NCBI GenBank assembly: GCA_025558095.1
Contig: JAIVFI010000005.1
Location: 496,001-560,000, forward strand
DNA length: 64,000 nucleotides
Reading direction: 5' to 3'
Source of the DNA: Hyaloraphidium curvatum SAG 235-1
Lineage: Eukaryota; Fungi; Monoblepharomycota
The notes below the pieces were generated by a model. It worked only from the letters and a program-made list of their open reading frames with translations. It searched no databases and was not told the origin of the DNA. Below are positions 1-12,045 of the stretch, piece after piece. The translations under genes and the position numbers were made by a program. Each line of letters opens with the position of its first letter. Positions within the stretch are counted from its first letter, which is position 1.

Positions 1-372
1 AACGAGGTCAACGTGCGGCTCGGCAAGCCGGTCTTTGACTGCTCCAAAGTGGACGAGCGTTGGCGAGACGGGCCTGCAGACGGTTCCTGCGATTAGATGA
101 CGGTGTATCGGCCTCGAAGTCGATGATCGGATGCCAGTAGTCCAAAAGGGGTCGGTGGGGGTTTCTGACGAGCCCCGAGTCAGAAGCAAGTCAAGAGCGC
201 GGAGCCCGTCCGAGTTGTGCGCACTCTCACAAGCGTCACCGGCCATCGAGGTCATTAAGCGAACGCGGGAGCGTCTCGGCTTTGCGTCGGCTTGAAACAG
301 GGCGCCGCGGCCCCGCAGGCTCGCGCGTAGCTTCGTGACTCCGGCGCTTTCCCACCGAGAAACCGCGTCGCG

Positions 373-2161
373 ATGTCCGCCGGCTTGCCCTACCTGGGCT
401 CGAAGATTTCCCTCATTTCGCGGTCCGACATTCGCTATGTCGGCACCCTGCACTCGGTGAACCAGCAGGAGTCGACCGTGTCCCTGCAGAATGGTTTGGA
501 CGCGTTCGCGCAGAGGGAAGACACGTCGGGGTCTAAACAGCCCAACCCGCAGTGCGGTCATTTGGCACCGAGGGCAGGAAAGGAGGCGGCGCAGAGGAGT
601 TGCCGGCCTCGGACCAAGTGTTTGACTACATCGTCTTCCGTGGGGCCGACATCAAGGACCTCCAGGTTCTTGAAGCCGCTTCCGCGCCACCCCCCAAGCC
701 TGCGATTCCAAACGATCCGGCGATCCTTGCGGTCGGTACATGGTTTCTAGTTTTGCCTGCTTCAGTTGTGCTTACGGAAGGTTAAAGACGCAGGTTCCGC
801 CCGGTGCCGCGCCTATGCAAGGCTTTGGCCCTATGGGCGGCATGCCTTTCGGGATGCCACCGAACGCGATGGGCTTGAACCCTTTCATGCTGCAGCAGTT
901 GGCGATGCAGAACCCCGCCTTGTTCCAGCAGCTGCAAGCGGCTATGCTCCAGCAGGCTAGCATGGTGAGAGGTGCGGTCCCGTTGGCAGGAAGCAGCTCA
1001 TTGAGCCACACACAGATGCAGCAACAGATGCGACCTCCAATGGAAGGCCAGGCAGTGCGACCGCCGGCTCCGCAGGCTGCTTCTGCTCCGGCAGAGGCCA
1101 CCAAACCCGAAGAAGAGGCCGTAAAGAAGATGGAAGCGCTCCAGATCGCGCAGCCAAAGGAGGCGCCGAAGGTTGCACCGGTTCAGCCTGCGGCGAGATC
1201 CGCCGCTGCCGAGCCAGAGGCTGCGAAGGCGGCCCCGGCTGCGGAGCCGAAGGCCGCCGAAAACAAACCAAAGGCGGCGCCGACGATGGCGGCGGTAGTC
1301 GCTGGAGCTGCAGTCGCTGCCAGAGCAGATGGTGATTGCTTGTGCGCTAAGCTACTCACACTAGCTGATCGCGATCACAATAGGTGCGGCACCGGCTCCC
1401 AGGCAGCCGCGCGAAAACAACGATTTCAACCGTGGCGGACGTGGAGGGCGCGGCGGCCGCGGTGGTGACCAGGCAGACCGCTCGGGAGGTCAGGATCGCC
1501 GCCCGGCGGAAGGAAGTGGTTACGGAAGGGGAGGTCCCCGTGGTGGCATGGCGGGACAGGGCCGTGGAGGCGCCCCGCGAGCTCCGCGTGTCACGGTGCC
1601 GGTGCCGGACTCGGAGTACGACTTTGAAGGCGCAAACAAGAAGTTCGAGGAGATCACCAAGGACGACCCGAAACCCGAATTTCACCACGACGAGCACGGC
1701 GCAAAGGCCGAGAAGGAGCAGGAGGTTGAGATCGAGGTCCCGGTTTCCCCGACGAACTTCTATGACAAGAAGAACTCGTTCTTTGACAACATTTCGTGCG
1801 AGACGAAGGACCGATCTGAGGCTGCCGAGAGGTGGGCGGCATTTTGCGACGCGGTTCCACCTCTTGCTGACGAACAAGCTGTGGTAGCGGACACCACTTT
1901 GATCGGAGGGCGAACCAGTTCCAGGAGCGGAAACTGAACATGGAGACGTTCGGGCAATCGGGAGCATACGTCGGAAGGGGACGCGGCCGGGGTTACGGAA
2001 GGGGACGCGGCGGCGGCGGGAACCGGGGTCGCGGGCAGGGGCAGCGGTGGCGGGTGGGTGTTGTGCGTCGTACAATCGGTTCGATCTAATCGGTGCGGCT
2101 GTCGCAGGCGAATCCCAACTCTACCGGAGACCCTCAGTCGGTGGCAGAGGCTAGGTCTTGA
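373..2161 (+). CDS. SCD6: Scd6/LSM14 (RAP55) mRNA decapping and P-body protein, multi-exon
   Basis: N-terminal Lsm14 domain ([21 protein letters not shown]...SFGTEGR...[15 protein letters not shown]), DFDF box ([13 protein letters not shown]), FFD box ([15 protein letters not shown]), TFG box ([10 protein letters not shown]) and RGG tail. Stop placed by manual splicing. Confidence 0.93.
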
Positions 2162-2324
2162 ACAAAAGAGGAAGGATGAATCCAATTTGGCGATCCGACG
2201 TGTTGACCATTCGCTGCACATCCACACGCACGATCATGGGCGAAGCATGGGGCGTGCCCGCTGCAACGCCAACGTACGGACGCGCGCTCCAAGTGCCGTC
2301 TCAGAAGTCCGACGAAGATCTCCG

Positions 2325-3853
2325 ATGTCCGGCTTCCAGAACTTCTACGATGCCGGCGGATTTCACGGCGGCTTTCCCGGAATGATGCCGGCCAGGGAAG
2401 GCGCCTTTGTGGGTTCATTAGGGGAAGTTCGGGGTCACTCGCCAACGCTTGGCACCGGACTTCAGGACGAGATGCTCAGGGCGTATTCGGTGGTAATGAT
2501 GGCGACGAAGGAGCCGAAGGAAAATGTGAACTACGGGGGCAAGAGTGGGTTCTCCGGGGCTCCGGGGTCCCATTCGGAGATCTTACCGCGCGACAGTCCT
2601 CCTTCCGCCTTCCGCCCTGGACAAGCTCTGTGAGATTCCATTACCCTCCCAAGCCGAGAATTTTCGATTCTGATCTTGCACCGTTTCGCTGTCTCGCTCC
2701 CCTTGGCTAGCGCGACTGCATATCGAGTATCCCATGACCTTTGAGCTGTCCAACAGATCTTTGGACCGCAAGACCCACGCGGGCGTTTTGGAGTTTGTTG
2801 CCGAGGAGGGACGCGTCTACTTGCCCAACTGGGTCGGTGTGCTCTTTCGCTGGGCCATGGACGAGTCTATAGCTCGCCTGCTTTTCAGATGATGAGCCAG
2901 CTGCTGCTGGAACAGGGCGACCTCGTGCGGATAAGAAACACCAGCTTGCCGACTGGGTACTTCGTCAAGATCCAGCCGCAGCACCCCGATTTTCTTCAGA
3001 TCACGGATCCGCGGGCAGTGTGCGTGTTCCTCACGCCATGGTCCCGTCTGCCGAGCTCACGGACGTCTGCTAGTCTCGAGAACGTGTTCAGGAACTTCTC
3101 GACGCTAACACAGGGCGACATCATTAGCATTAGTTACAACAAGAAGACCTACGACATTCTCGTGATGGAGATCAAGCCGCCAGGGAAGGGCATTTCCATT
3201 TTGGAGACGGACCTCGAGGTCGACTTTGCGCCGCCATTGGGCTACGTCGAACCAGAGGCGAAGCGGCCGGCCAGTGCCACGGTTAGTCGCACTCCGCGCT
3301 TGCCGGGGCTCTTCTCGTGGTGACGGTGGATCGCCTCAGCCGAGCCTTGCTGGGTCCCAGATGAGCATCGATCAGCACGTGGTCGAACGCGAAAAGCCCA
3401 GTTTCTCGGCGTTCGCGGGATCCGGAAACCGCCTGAGCAACAAGGGGAAGGGAGCTGCGGTGCCGCCGTGAGTGTTGTGAGAAATGTCGAGTGCCTTTGC
3501 TAACCGCTTTAGCCCAAACAGGAGCGAACCTGTTGTGCACGCTCCTTCACAAGCCTCCGCTGCCCCCGCTGCTCTTCATCTCCCCCCTGGAAAGCTCTTT
3601 TTCGGTGCGCACATCAATGATGCAAAGTGTTGCTGTAGCTGATGCCCATCACCTAGGTTACAAGGTCGAGCCGTACAAGACCAAGGAGGAGAAAGAGGCT
3701 GAGAAGGAAGCTGCGGCACAAGCTGCTGCCTTGCCGACGACTGGGGGACAGACGCTGCGGGGAAAGAAGCCTCCCCCTTCACCAGCACCCTCGCCGAAGC
3801 CGCCAGCACCGCCATCGCAGGCGCAACCTTCGAAAGGATATACCCTGAAGTAG
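2325..3853 (+). CDS. UFD1: Ubiquitin fusion degradation protein Ufd1, multi-exon
   Basis: Motifs [69 protein letters not shown] and SHP box (FAGSGNRL). Confidence 0.95.
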
Positions 3854-4117
3854 AGACCTGGATTTGTACGCTTGGACGTGGACTGAAAGATCGATGAGCT
3901 TTGTCGTCCTCCGTTGATGTGATCATTCGCAGCATTGGTCTCCCGCTCCGAGCGCACCTCCCCTCCCACACCCGCTCAGGCTCTCGTGCCCCGTTAACGA
4001 ATCAGGCAGGTTCATTACTTGCCGCGCCGCGCCGGCAACGCGTGCTGCGGCCTCTGGCGACTTGTTCTGACCGTGATGGGCCGACTCGGTCGCGGAAACA
4101 AAAGTTCCCGCATCGCA

Positions 4118-4931
4118 ATGTCGGACGAGCAGGCCAAAATTGAGGAGGTCGTTGAGGACGTCGAGGAGGATGATGACATTCCGGACCTCGAGGACGCTCC
4201 CGGTGCGGAGGGAGGCGCTGCTGGCGGCGATGACGACGGCGACGTGCCCGCGGACATGGCCGGTACCCGGAAGAACCAGTCGCGCAGCGAGAAGAAGGCC
4301 CGCAAGGTCAGACATGATGCGTTGGCCGCGATAAGTTTGCGGTGCTGACGCGCCGTCGGTAGGCCCTCTCGAAGCTCGGCCTGAAGGTCATCCCCGGCAT
4401 CACCCGCGTCACCATCCGGAGACCCAAGAACGTGGGTTTCGCTGGAGCTCGCGGCACGATCACGAAGTCTGAAGCTCGCTTCGCAGGTCCTGTTCGTGAT
4501 TGCCCAGCCCGATGTGTACAAGAGCGCTACCTCCGAGACATACATCGTCTTCGGCGAGGCCAAGATTGAGGACCTCAACTCACAGGCCCAGGCCTCGGCT
4601 GCCGAGCAGTTCAAGGCCCCCGACATGAGCGGAGCTCGCGACAACGACGACGATGTCCCGGACCTTGCCGAGGACGAGGAGGCCGTTGACGAGACCGGTG
4701 TCGAGGCCAAGGACATTGAGCTTGTGATGACGCAGGCCAACGTCTCGAGGGCAAAGGCAGTCAAAGCCCTCAAGGTACGGATGCTAATCGGAATCTCCTT
4801 TCGGTATCCTGACGCCTCTCCCTCGCAGGAAAACGACAACGACATTGTAAACGCAATCATGGCGGTAAGTGGACGCGGCGATGCTGTCTTGGCCGCGGGA
4901 TTTACTTCGCTATCCCTAGATTACGCTCTAG
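4118..4931 (+). CDS. EGD2: Nascent polypeptide-associated complex alpha subunit
   Basis: [37 protein letters not shown] and UBA-like [29 protein letters not shown]. Last micro-exon ITL* follows intron 4865-4919. Confidence 0.95.
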
Positions 4932-5144
4932 TGCCAAATTTCTGCGCAAAGCTCCGTCGTGGCTGGCTTGGTTCCTTCTGTACGGGGGCTGGCAATACAC
5001 TGCGTGCTGTGGTGCCAACCTCAGAGGAGTGAAGAGCAAGTCCACAATATAAAATCACGAACCAACTACATCTAGCTAGCTATCAACTTGCCAGAACTGG
5101 AGTAGGCGAACCCCTGAGGTTGCTGGCGCGCGCTGCGCGTCAGA

Positions 5145-6887
5145 TCACTTGGCCTCGATGCGCCGATCCGGGCTGATGACCCGTGTCGGCCCCGCCGTCC
5201 CGTTGGTCCCCACCTGGCCGTTCTCGCCCTCTCCCGAAAGCTCCATCTCGGCCTGCTTCCGAACCACGCCGACGACGGAAGGCAGACACAAGCCGCAACA
5301 GCAGATGAGGATGCCGAGCAAAATCCAGACGGGAATGAGCACCACAGCCATAGAGTAGCCAGCCCCGTTGAGGCGCGCGGCCAGCAGGCCGATCAGCAAG
5401 TAGGCGAAGAAGGAGACTATGCAGAAGAACACGATGCGGGCATTGAGCATGCCGCTCATGGCTTCCTTGACCTCCTTCTCGGCGCCTTCGGGGAGCTCCA
5501 TCCCCAGGGGAAGGTCCAGAGTGGGACCCTTGACGCGGAGGATGATGAGGTGGATGGCCTCGAGCAAGCCGGGGAGGTAGAGGGGAATGAAGACCCTGCC
5601 GACGTGCCGGGTAAGCCGGTGCCCCCACAAGATCGCACCTTTGGTACCCACACTGGCCAGCCGACACTGATCGACCCCTCGGCTTTCAGGCAGATGAGGA
5701 TGGCGAGAGCGACCCTCAAAGCCTGCCACCGGAACTGGTCCCACACCGCAAAGGCGGTCTCGCCTCCCGTCATCTTCTGCAACTTGTAAACCAGCTTGGG
5801 CTCCTGCGTCTCCTCGTCCGTCTCCTTCACCAGATGGGGCACGCCGAGCTTCTGCGTCATCTGGAACGCCCGGATGTTGGCCGCAAAGTTGATGGCCTCG
5901 ATCAGCCAGTACGGCACAAAGACGAGCCACCACGACGCGGATATCGTGGCGTCCAGCTTCAGAACGACCAGGATTTGGAACACGATCCCCAGGATATGGA
6001 ACGTGAGACCGAGGATCTTGGTCATGCGGGCGCGTTCCTCGCGCTGCTTCCGCTTCCGTTTGCGCTCCTCTTCGTCGAGGCCGAGCTCGTCGTCGTGGGC
6101 GTCCCCGAGCTCTCCCTCGTCCTCCCCTTCCGCGGCCTTGGTCGGCAGCGAAATCAGAATGAGGAGAATGACCAGGTCCAAGAGCCAAAGGGGCGAAAAT
6201 ACCGCGGCCCACGGCCACGAGACCTTGCCGTCCGTCTGCAACGTGAGGAAGATCGGGAACAGGAGAAAGACGCAGAGGAGGAAGGTGCAGGTGAAGAAAA
6301 AGACGTTGATGAGGCGGATGACTTCCGGGTTCAGGAACTCCTGGAGCACGAAGGCGTGGGTTCAGAGGCCGAATCATCGGGCGGCCTGCTTCCCGGAACC
6401 CACCGCGAGCGGCCCCGCTTGATCCATCATGGTCACACCGCGCTCGCCATATTCGTCATAAAGTGCCCTCTTGCCCTCGTCGGCTGTTCGTATTGGCCGC
6501 GTTAGCTGGAGGCCCCGCTGCCGCCGCTGCCAGCACATACACAGGGTGTCGAAGGCAAACTTGATCCGCTGGAACTGGAAGGCCGAAGAAACGAGATTTA
6601 AGTGCGTTGATCACAGTTCAGTTCAGAGCTGGTGACCCACGGCCTCGGTGGTTTCCGGCGTGTGGTCGCGGACCTTGTCGGGGTCTGGCGGAGGTCAGGA
6701 CGCCGGACGGGAGCAGCCACGGGGTGCACGCACGGTACTTGAGCGCCATCCGGCGGTAGCCCTTCTTTATCTCTTCCTGCGTGGCCGTGCGCGGCACGCC
6801 CAGCACGTCGTAAAGCGACGCGTGCATCATCTGGGCCGGCGTGAGCTCGGGCGGGGCCGCAGACGACGACGATGCTGCGGCCGCCAT
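5145..6887 (-). CDS. DnaJ-domain multi-pass membrane protein (J domain plus TMEM185-like transmembrane repeats)
   Basis: LYDVLGVPRTATQEEIKKGYRRMALKY(H)PDK J domain split by introns, then repeated TM segments ending in W..VF.P.W motifs (SWPWAAVFSPLW, SWWLVFVPYW, GWPVFIPLY, AVVLIPVW). Confidence 0.85.
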
Positions 6888-7044
6888 CGTGGCGCGACTT
6901 CGAAGGTTGTCGGACGATGCCGTGGGGCGCGGCGAACGTGCGGTGCCGCACGCCGGCGCTGGCAGGTGATCGCGAATATGTGCCGGCGGCCGCGGGCGAC
7001 GCCTAAGAGCTCCGCAAAGTAAACAAAGCTTGCCGGCTCGTCCG

Positions 7045-9875
7045 ATGGCTCCCAAGCGCAAGGAGCCCGAGCCCGCTGTGGCAAAGGGTGTGCCGGCGGG
7101 GAATTTGTCGTCCGATGAGGAGGACGCGGCGCTGGCCAGCTTGGCACTGGAGGATAGCGAGTCGGAACCCGAGCCTTGGAGCGACGAGCTCTCGGAGGAG
7201 GCTGGCTCGGAAGACGGCTCCGAATCTGCGGACGGAGAGAACGAAGTGGAATCTGATGACGCTGGGTCGTCCGCGGACGATGAGAGCGGCGACTCTTCTG
7301 ACGAGGACGGCGAGGGCTCGGACTCGGAAGGCGATGAAGGCTTGTCAGCTGGTTCCGCGGAGGAAGATGCGGAAGCAATGCCAAATGGACGGCCGTTGTC
7401 ATCGGAAGGACTCGGTGACACGGGGGACAAGGAGGCGCCCGCTGCTACTCGCCAACGAGTAAAGGTCCAACGAGGATCGTCTTCCAAGTCTGCCCGGCAG
7501 ACCGTCACGAGCGATGACGACAGGTGCGAAGTTCTTCTGCGTTAGCACCACGTGTCTCTGACGCCTTTTCTAGCGGGTACTCTTCGAAACCGGAGCGGAA
7601 AGGTTCGCTCGATACCGTCGACTCCGCGGAAGGAGAGGCCGGTGCTGTCACTGAACTGCCTTGGTGGCGCACCAACCCGGAAATCGAACCGATTTACGAG
7701 AGCGATACGTCCGACGAGGTGGGTGGAGCCTCCTTCGATCGCCAGAGAGCTGCGTCTAAGACCGGCCGCAGGAAACCGGAAACACCGTCGGCAACATTCC
7801 TTTGGAATGGTACGCGGACTATCCGCACATCGGCTACACCGTGGACGGCAAGAAGATCATGCGCCCTGCGACCGGCGATGCCTTGGACAAGTTCCTTGAC
7901 CAGATGGATGACCCCAAGAGCTGGCGGACTTTCCACGACCCCTACGAGGGCAAAGACGTGGTGCTGACGCGGGAGGAGCTGGACCTGATAAAGCGGCTCC
8001 AGGGCCAGGCTTTTGGTGATTCGTCGGTTGATCCCTTCGAGGTGCGTTTCGATTCTTTCGCAGCGCGAGGCAACCTGACCATGCCCCCATAGCCGACAAT
8101 CGAGTGGTACACCAGCAAAGTAATGGAAACTCCCCTGAACGCAGCTACGGAGCCCAAGAGGCGTTTCATTCCTTCGAAGTGGGAGGGCAAGAGGGTTGGT
8201 TGCACTCCTCGTCCTTCACTATCCGGTACTGAGGCAGCTTTCCGCAGATCATGAAGATTGTCCGCGCGATTCGAAAGGGCTGGATCGTTCCTCGCGCCGA
8301 GAAGGCTCCCAAGAAGCCCCCGGTTTACATGCTTTGGACGGACAATGATGAGGAGCGGCCGGACCACCCCATGCACGTGCCCGCGCCGAAAATGGCACCG
8401 CCGGAGCACAACGAATCGTACAACCCGCCGGCAGAGTACATCCCCACCGCCAAGGAGGTCGAGGAGTGGAACGCGGCGGATCCAGAGGACCGCCCGACCA
8501 ACTTCATCCCCAAGAAGCACAAGAACCTCCGCTCGGTCCCGGCCTACACCCGCCTCCTGAACGAGCGCTTCGAGCGCTGCCTGGACCTGTACCTCTGCCC
8601 GCGCGTGCGCAAGCAGAAGATCCAGATGGACCCCGAGGCGCTGATCCCGAAGCTGCCGGATCCCAAGGACCTGCAGCCCTTCCCCATGGTGCTCGCCATC
8701 ACATACACCGGCCACACCGGCAAGGTGCGATGCACCTCGGCGGATCCCACTGGCCGATGGCTGCTCTCGGGGTCGGACGACCGGACGGTGAGGCTCTGGG
8801 AGGTCAACACGGGGCGGTGTTGGAAGACGTGGGACGTGGAAGCCACCGTCCACTCAGTAGCATGGAACCCGAACAAGGCTCTCTCCGTTTTCGCCGCCGC
8901 CGTGTAGGTGTTTTCCTGTTGGCTCGGTTTTCGAGTTCTGACCACGCGTGACTGCGCAGCGGCGACACCGTGCTTCTGGTTGCCCCGGGGATCGAGAACG
9001 AGGCCGTGCAGACGGCATCCGAGGCGATCTTCCGGTCGGAATCGGCGGCGCCAGACGACAAGGCGGGAGTCGTGTGGGCGAAACCTTCCGAGGCCGAAAG
9101 CCGCGCCGGGATCCGGGTCGTGCTGCGGTTCTCGCGGAAGGTCAGCAGCGTGGTCTGGCACCGCAAGGGCGACTACTTTGCCGTGCTGAACCCGGACGGT
9201 AAGCCGTTCGCGTCGGTGGATCGTGCCGGCATTTGACAGTTCCACAGCTCCGAGCTCTCCAATCTCGGTGCACCAGCTTTCGAAGCGGCAATCGCAGCAC
9301 CCGTTCCGCAAGTCCAAGGGCGCCGTGCAGAAGATGCTCTTCCACCCCACGAAACCTTTCCTTTTCGTTGCGGTAGGTTGCACGGCGGACACCCGTCTTT
9401 ACTGTCTCTGAACCTCGTTGCGCAGACGCAGCGCTACGTCCGGGTCTACGACCTCATGAAGCAGGAGCTGCACAAGACGCTGATGTCCGGCGTCAAGTGG
9501 ATCTCCAGCATGGACGTCCACCCGCAGGGCGACAACGTCATCGTCGGCTCGTTCGACAAGCGCGTGTGCTGGTTCGACATGGACCTCTCCAGCAAGCCCT
9601 ACCGCGTCCTGCGGTCGCACGACAAGGCCGTGCGCGCGGTCAGCTTCCACCGGCGCTACCCGCTCTTTGCCTCGTGCAGCGACGACGGCACGGTGCAGAT
9701 CTTCCACGGCATGGTGTACAACGATCTCATGCAGAACCCCCTCATCGTGCCGGTTAAGGTGCTCCGCGGGCACGAGGTGGCGGACGACCTGGGGGTGCTG
9801 GGGTGCGAGTTCCACCCGCTGCAGCCGTGGATCTTTTCGTGCGGCGCGGACGGCACGGTGCGGTTGTTCTCGTGA
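7045..9875 (+). CDS. ERB1: Ribosome biogenesis protein Erb1/BOP1 (PeBoW complex, WD40)
   Basis: Acidic N-terminus, [45 protein letters not shown], and WD40 repeats ending [17 protein letters not shown]...[20 protein letters not shown]. Confidence 0.97.
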
Positions 9876-9961
9876 TTGTAAACTGGCATTGGCAATTGAA
9901 TCGGTTGGATACAACAAAGCAATGAGGAGACACAGAAGACGAAGCCCTAGACCGGCCGCGC

Positions 9962-11924
9962 CTATGCACAGCGCATCTCTGGCGGGATGTAGTTGAGCTT
10001 CAGGATGCGGAAGACGTCGCGTTCGTCGCGGCAGTCGATCCGCTCGCCGGTGGCCTTGTCGAAGATGCCCCAGCTGGAAGCCGCGGTCAGCGCGATGATG
10101 GCGATCCGGCTGCTTCCGACCGCACCTCTGGAACTGCAGGCCCTTCTCCCTTGCAGAGTACTCCCTGATGCTGCGTTCGAACATCGTGCTGCGGGCATCG
10201 GACTTCAGGCCCGACAGATCGTTGCAGCCGTCAACACCAACCTCCCGCTCCATCCGACGACGGCGCATCCGTAGCACCCGATCGGCGAGACGACGATGTC
10301 CATCTGCCTGAACTTGCCGCTCGTCGGCGACCGCACGATGCAGTAGGCCTTGTCGAGGCAGTCGACCCCGAACCCCTCCTTGGCCACGCCGTTGTGCTCC
10401 TTTGCCGAGTCGGCCGGCGTGTGCTCCGTGAACATGAGCAGCTCCGCGATGAAGTTGCGCCTGCGCAGCTCCTCCACGAGCGCCCGGAGCAGGCCGCGCT
10501 CTGCGCCCTCGGTCGGCGAGGCCAGGAGCACGTCCACGTCCCCCGAGTCGGGCTTGCCCCGGCGGTACCCGCCCACGACGGTGTGGAGGATATCGGGCTC
10601 CATGGTCTTGACCGCGTCGACGACCGCAGCCGCGAGCTCCTCGACCTCGGTGCGCGGGATGCGCAGCTTGAGGTCGTCCCAGTACTTGAGCCCCATGCGC
10701 TGCTGCGACGACAGGTTGGCCTCGCGCTTGCGCACCTCCTCGACGCTGCGGTAGCCCTTGTTGTACCACTCGCGCGCCTTGCCGGGGCCGACGCCGTAGA
10801 CGGTGCAGAACTCGGCCATGACCTTGAACCGCTCCTCGTTGCGCTTCAGGGCGGCCTCGGTGATGCGGCCCGCCATGATGAACTCGTCGATCTTGGTCGC
10901 GATCTTGGGGCCGACCCCGATGATGCCCTTGGCCTCGGCGGGGTTGGTGAGCTTGCGCGGGTAGGCCCGCACCGCGGCCACGGCCCGGCGGTAGGCGAGC
11001 GAGTTCATCTCGTCGCCGTTGAACTCGCGCGCCTCGGCCAGCGTCTGCAGGTCCGCGCACAGGGCGTCGTTCGGCGACCGCAGCGGGGTCGGCCTGCGGC
11101 ACGCGTACTTGGTGTTGACGAAGGTCGGGTCCAGTTTGCCCGGGGCGCGGGGGCGGGGGGCCGCCTCGCCGTCGGAGCTGGCGCCGTCCGAGGCCGCGTC
11201 GTCGTCGCCGGCCACGCGCGAGTGCGAGGAGGCGAGGTGCGACATGAAGGACAGGCGGGCGCGCTTGGGGCCTTCCTGGGCGGCCGGCGAGGGCGGGGCG
11301 GCGGCGGGTGCCTGGGGGGGTGCTTGGGGTGTGACGTGCGGGACATCGGTTGGGGCCGAGGGCCCGGCTGCGGCCGCTGCGGCCTCTTTTTCCAGCTCCG
11401 CCTTGCGCCTGGGTGCCGCCCATAAGCAGGTGAGTGCGACGCGGGCCCGCCTCTTCGCACCTGCGCTCCGCAGCATCCGCGGCCAGCGTGGCGAGCGTCG
11501 ACGGCCGCTTGCGCTTGTCCTGCGGCGGGGGCGGCGGTGCGGCGGCCGGCCTGAGCTCGTCCGGGATGGCGATCTCGTATGCGCCGAACGGCAGCCGCTC
11601 GCGCTGCACGGCCGAAGCGTGGGCCCACGCGAGGGAGACGGCGGGTGCGGCGCGGCAGTCGCGCGGCAGATGGCGGCCGATGCGCGATGCGGACTGCGCG
11701 ACGCTGTCAGCGGTGTCTCGACCGTGCTAGGGCGGTCCCACCTTGAGGGAGGTGACGACGACGTCGAACACGCCCTGCGGGGATGGTGCACCCTGCTCGG
11801 CGACCCGGACGTCCGCGCCGCCGCGCTCGAGCACCGCGCGCGTGGTGTCGTTCGCCGGCAGCCCGATGCCGAGGAGCAGCACGCGCAGCCCCGCGAACAC
11901 CGGTTCCCCCGGCGGACTCGACAT
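9962..11924 (-). CDS. POL4: Family X DNA polymerase (Pol mu/Pol4-like) with N-terminal BRCT-like region
   Basis: YACRRPTPL, HhH motifs (GVGPKIA, GVGPGKA), catalytic GGYRRGKPDSGDVDVLL and RQMDIV, mu/TdT-type VGWSG, and C-terminal ERDVFRILKLNYIPPEMR. Confidence 0.92.
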
Positions 11925-12045
11925 TCTGTTTGGTACGTCGGTCCCGCCCTCCCCGCGATTGGGTGTTCGGCTCAGCGGGCGTCTTGTGCCGCGAACCGCA
12001 CACGGCCGGTGGCGGAGGCGCGTGTCGGGCGCGATCCGGCATCGC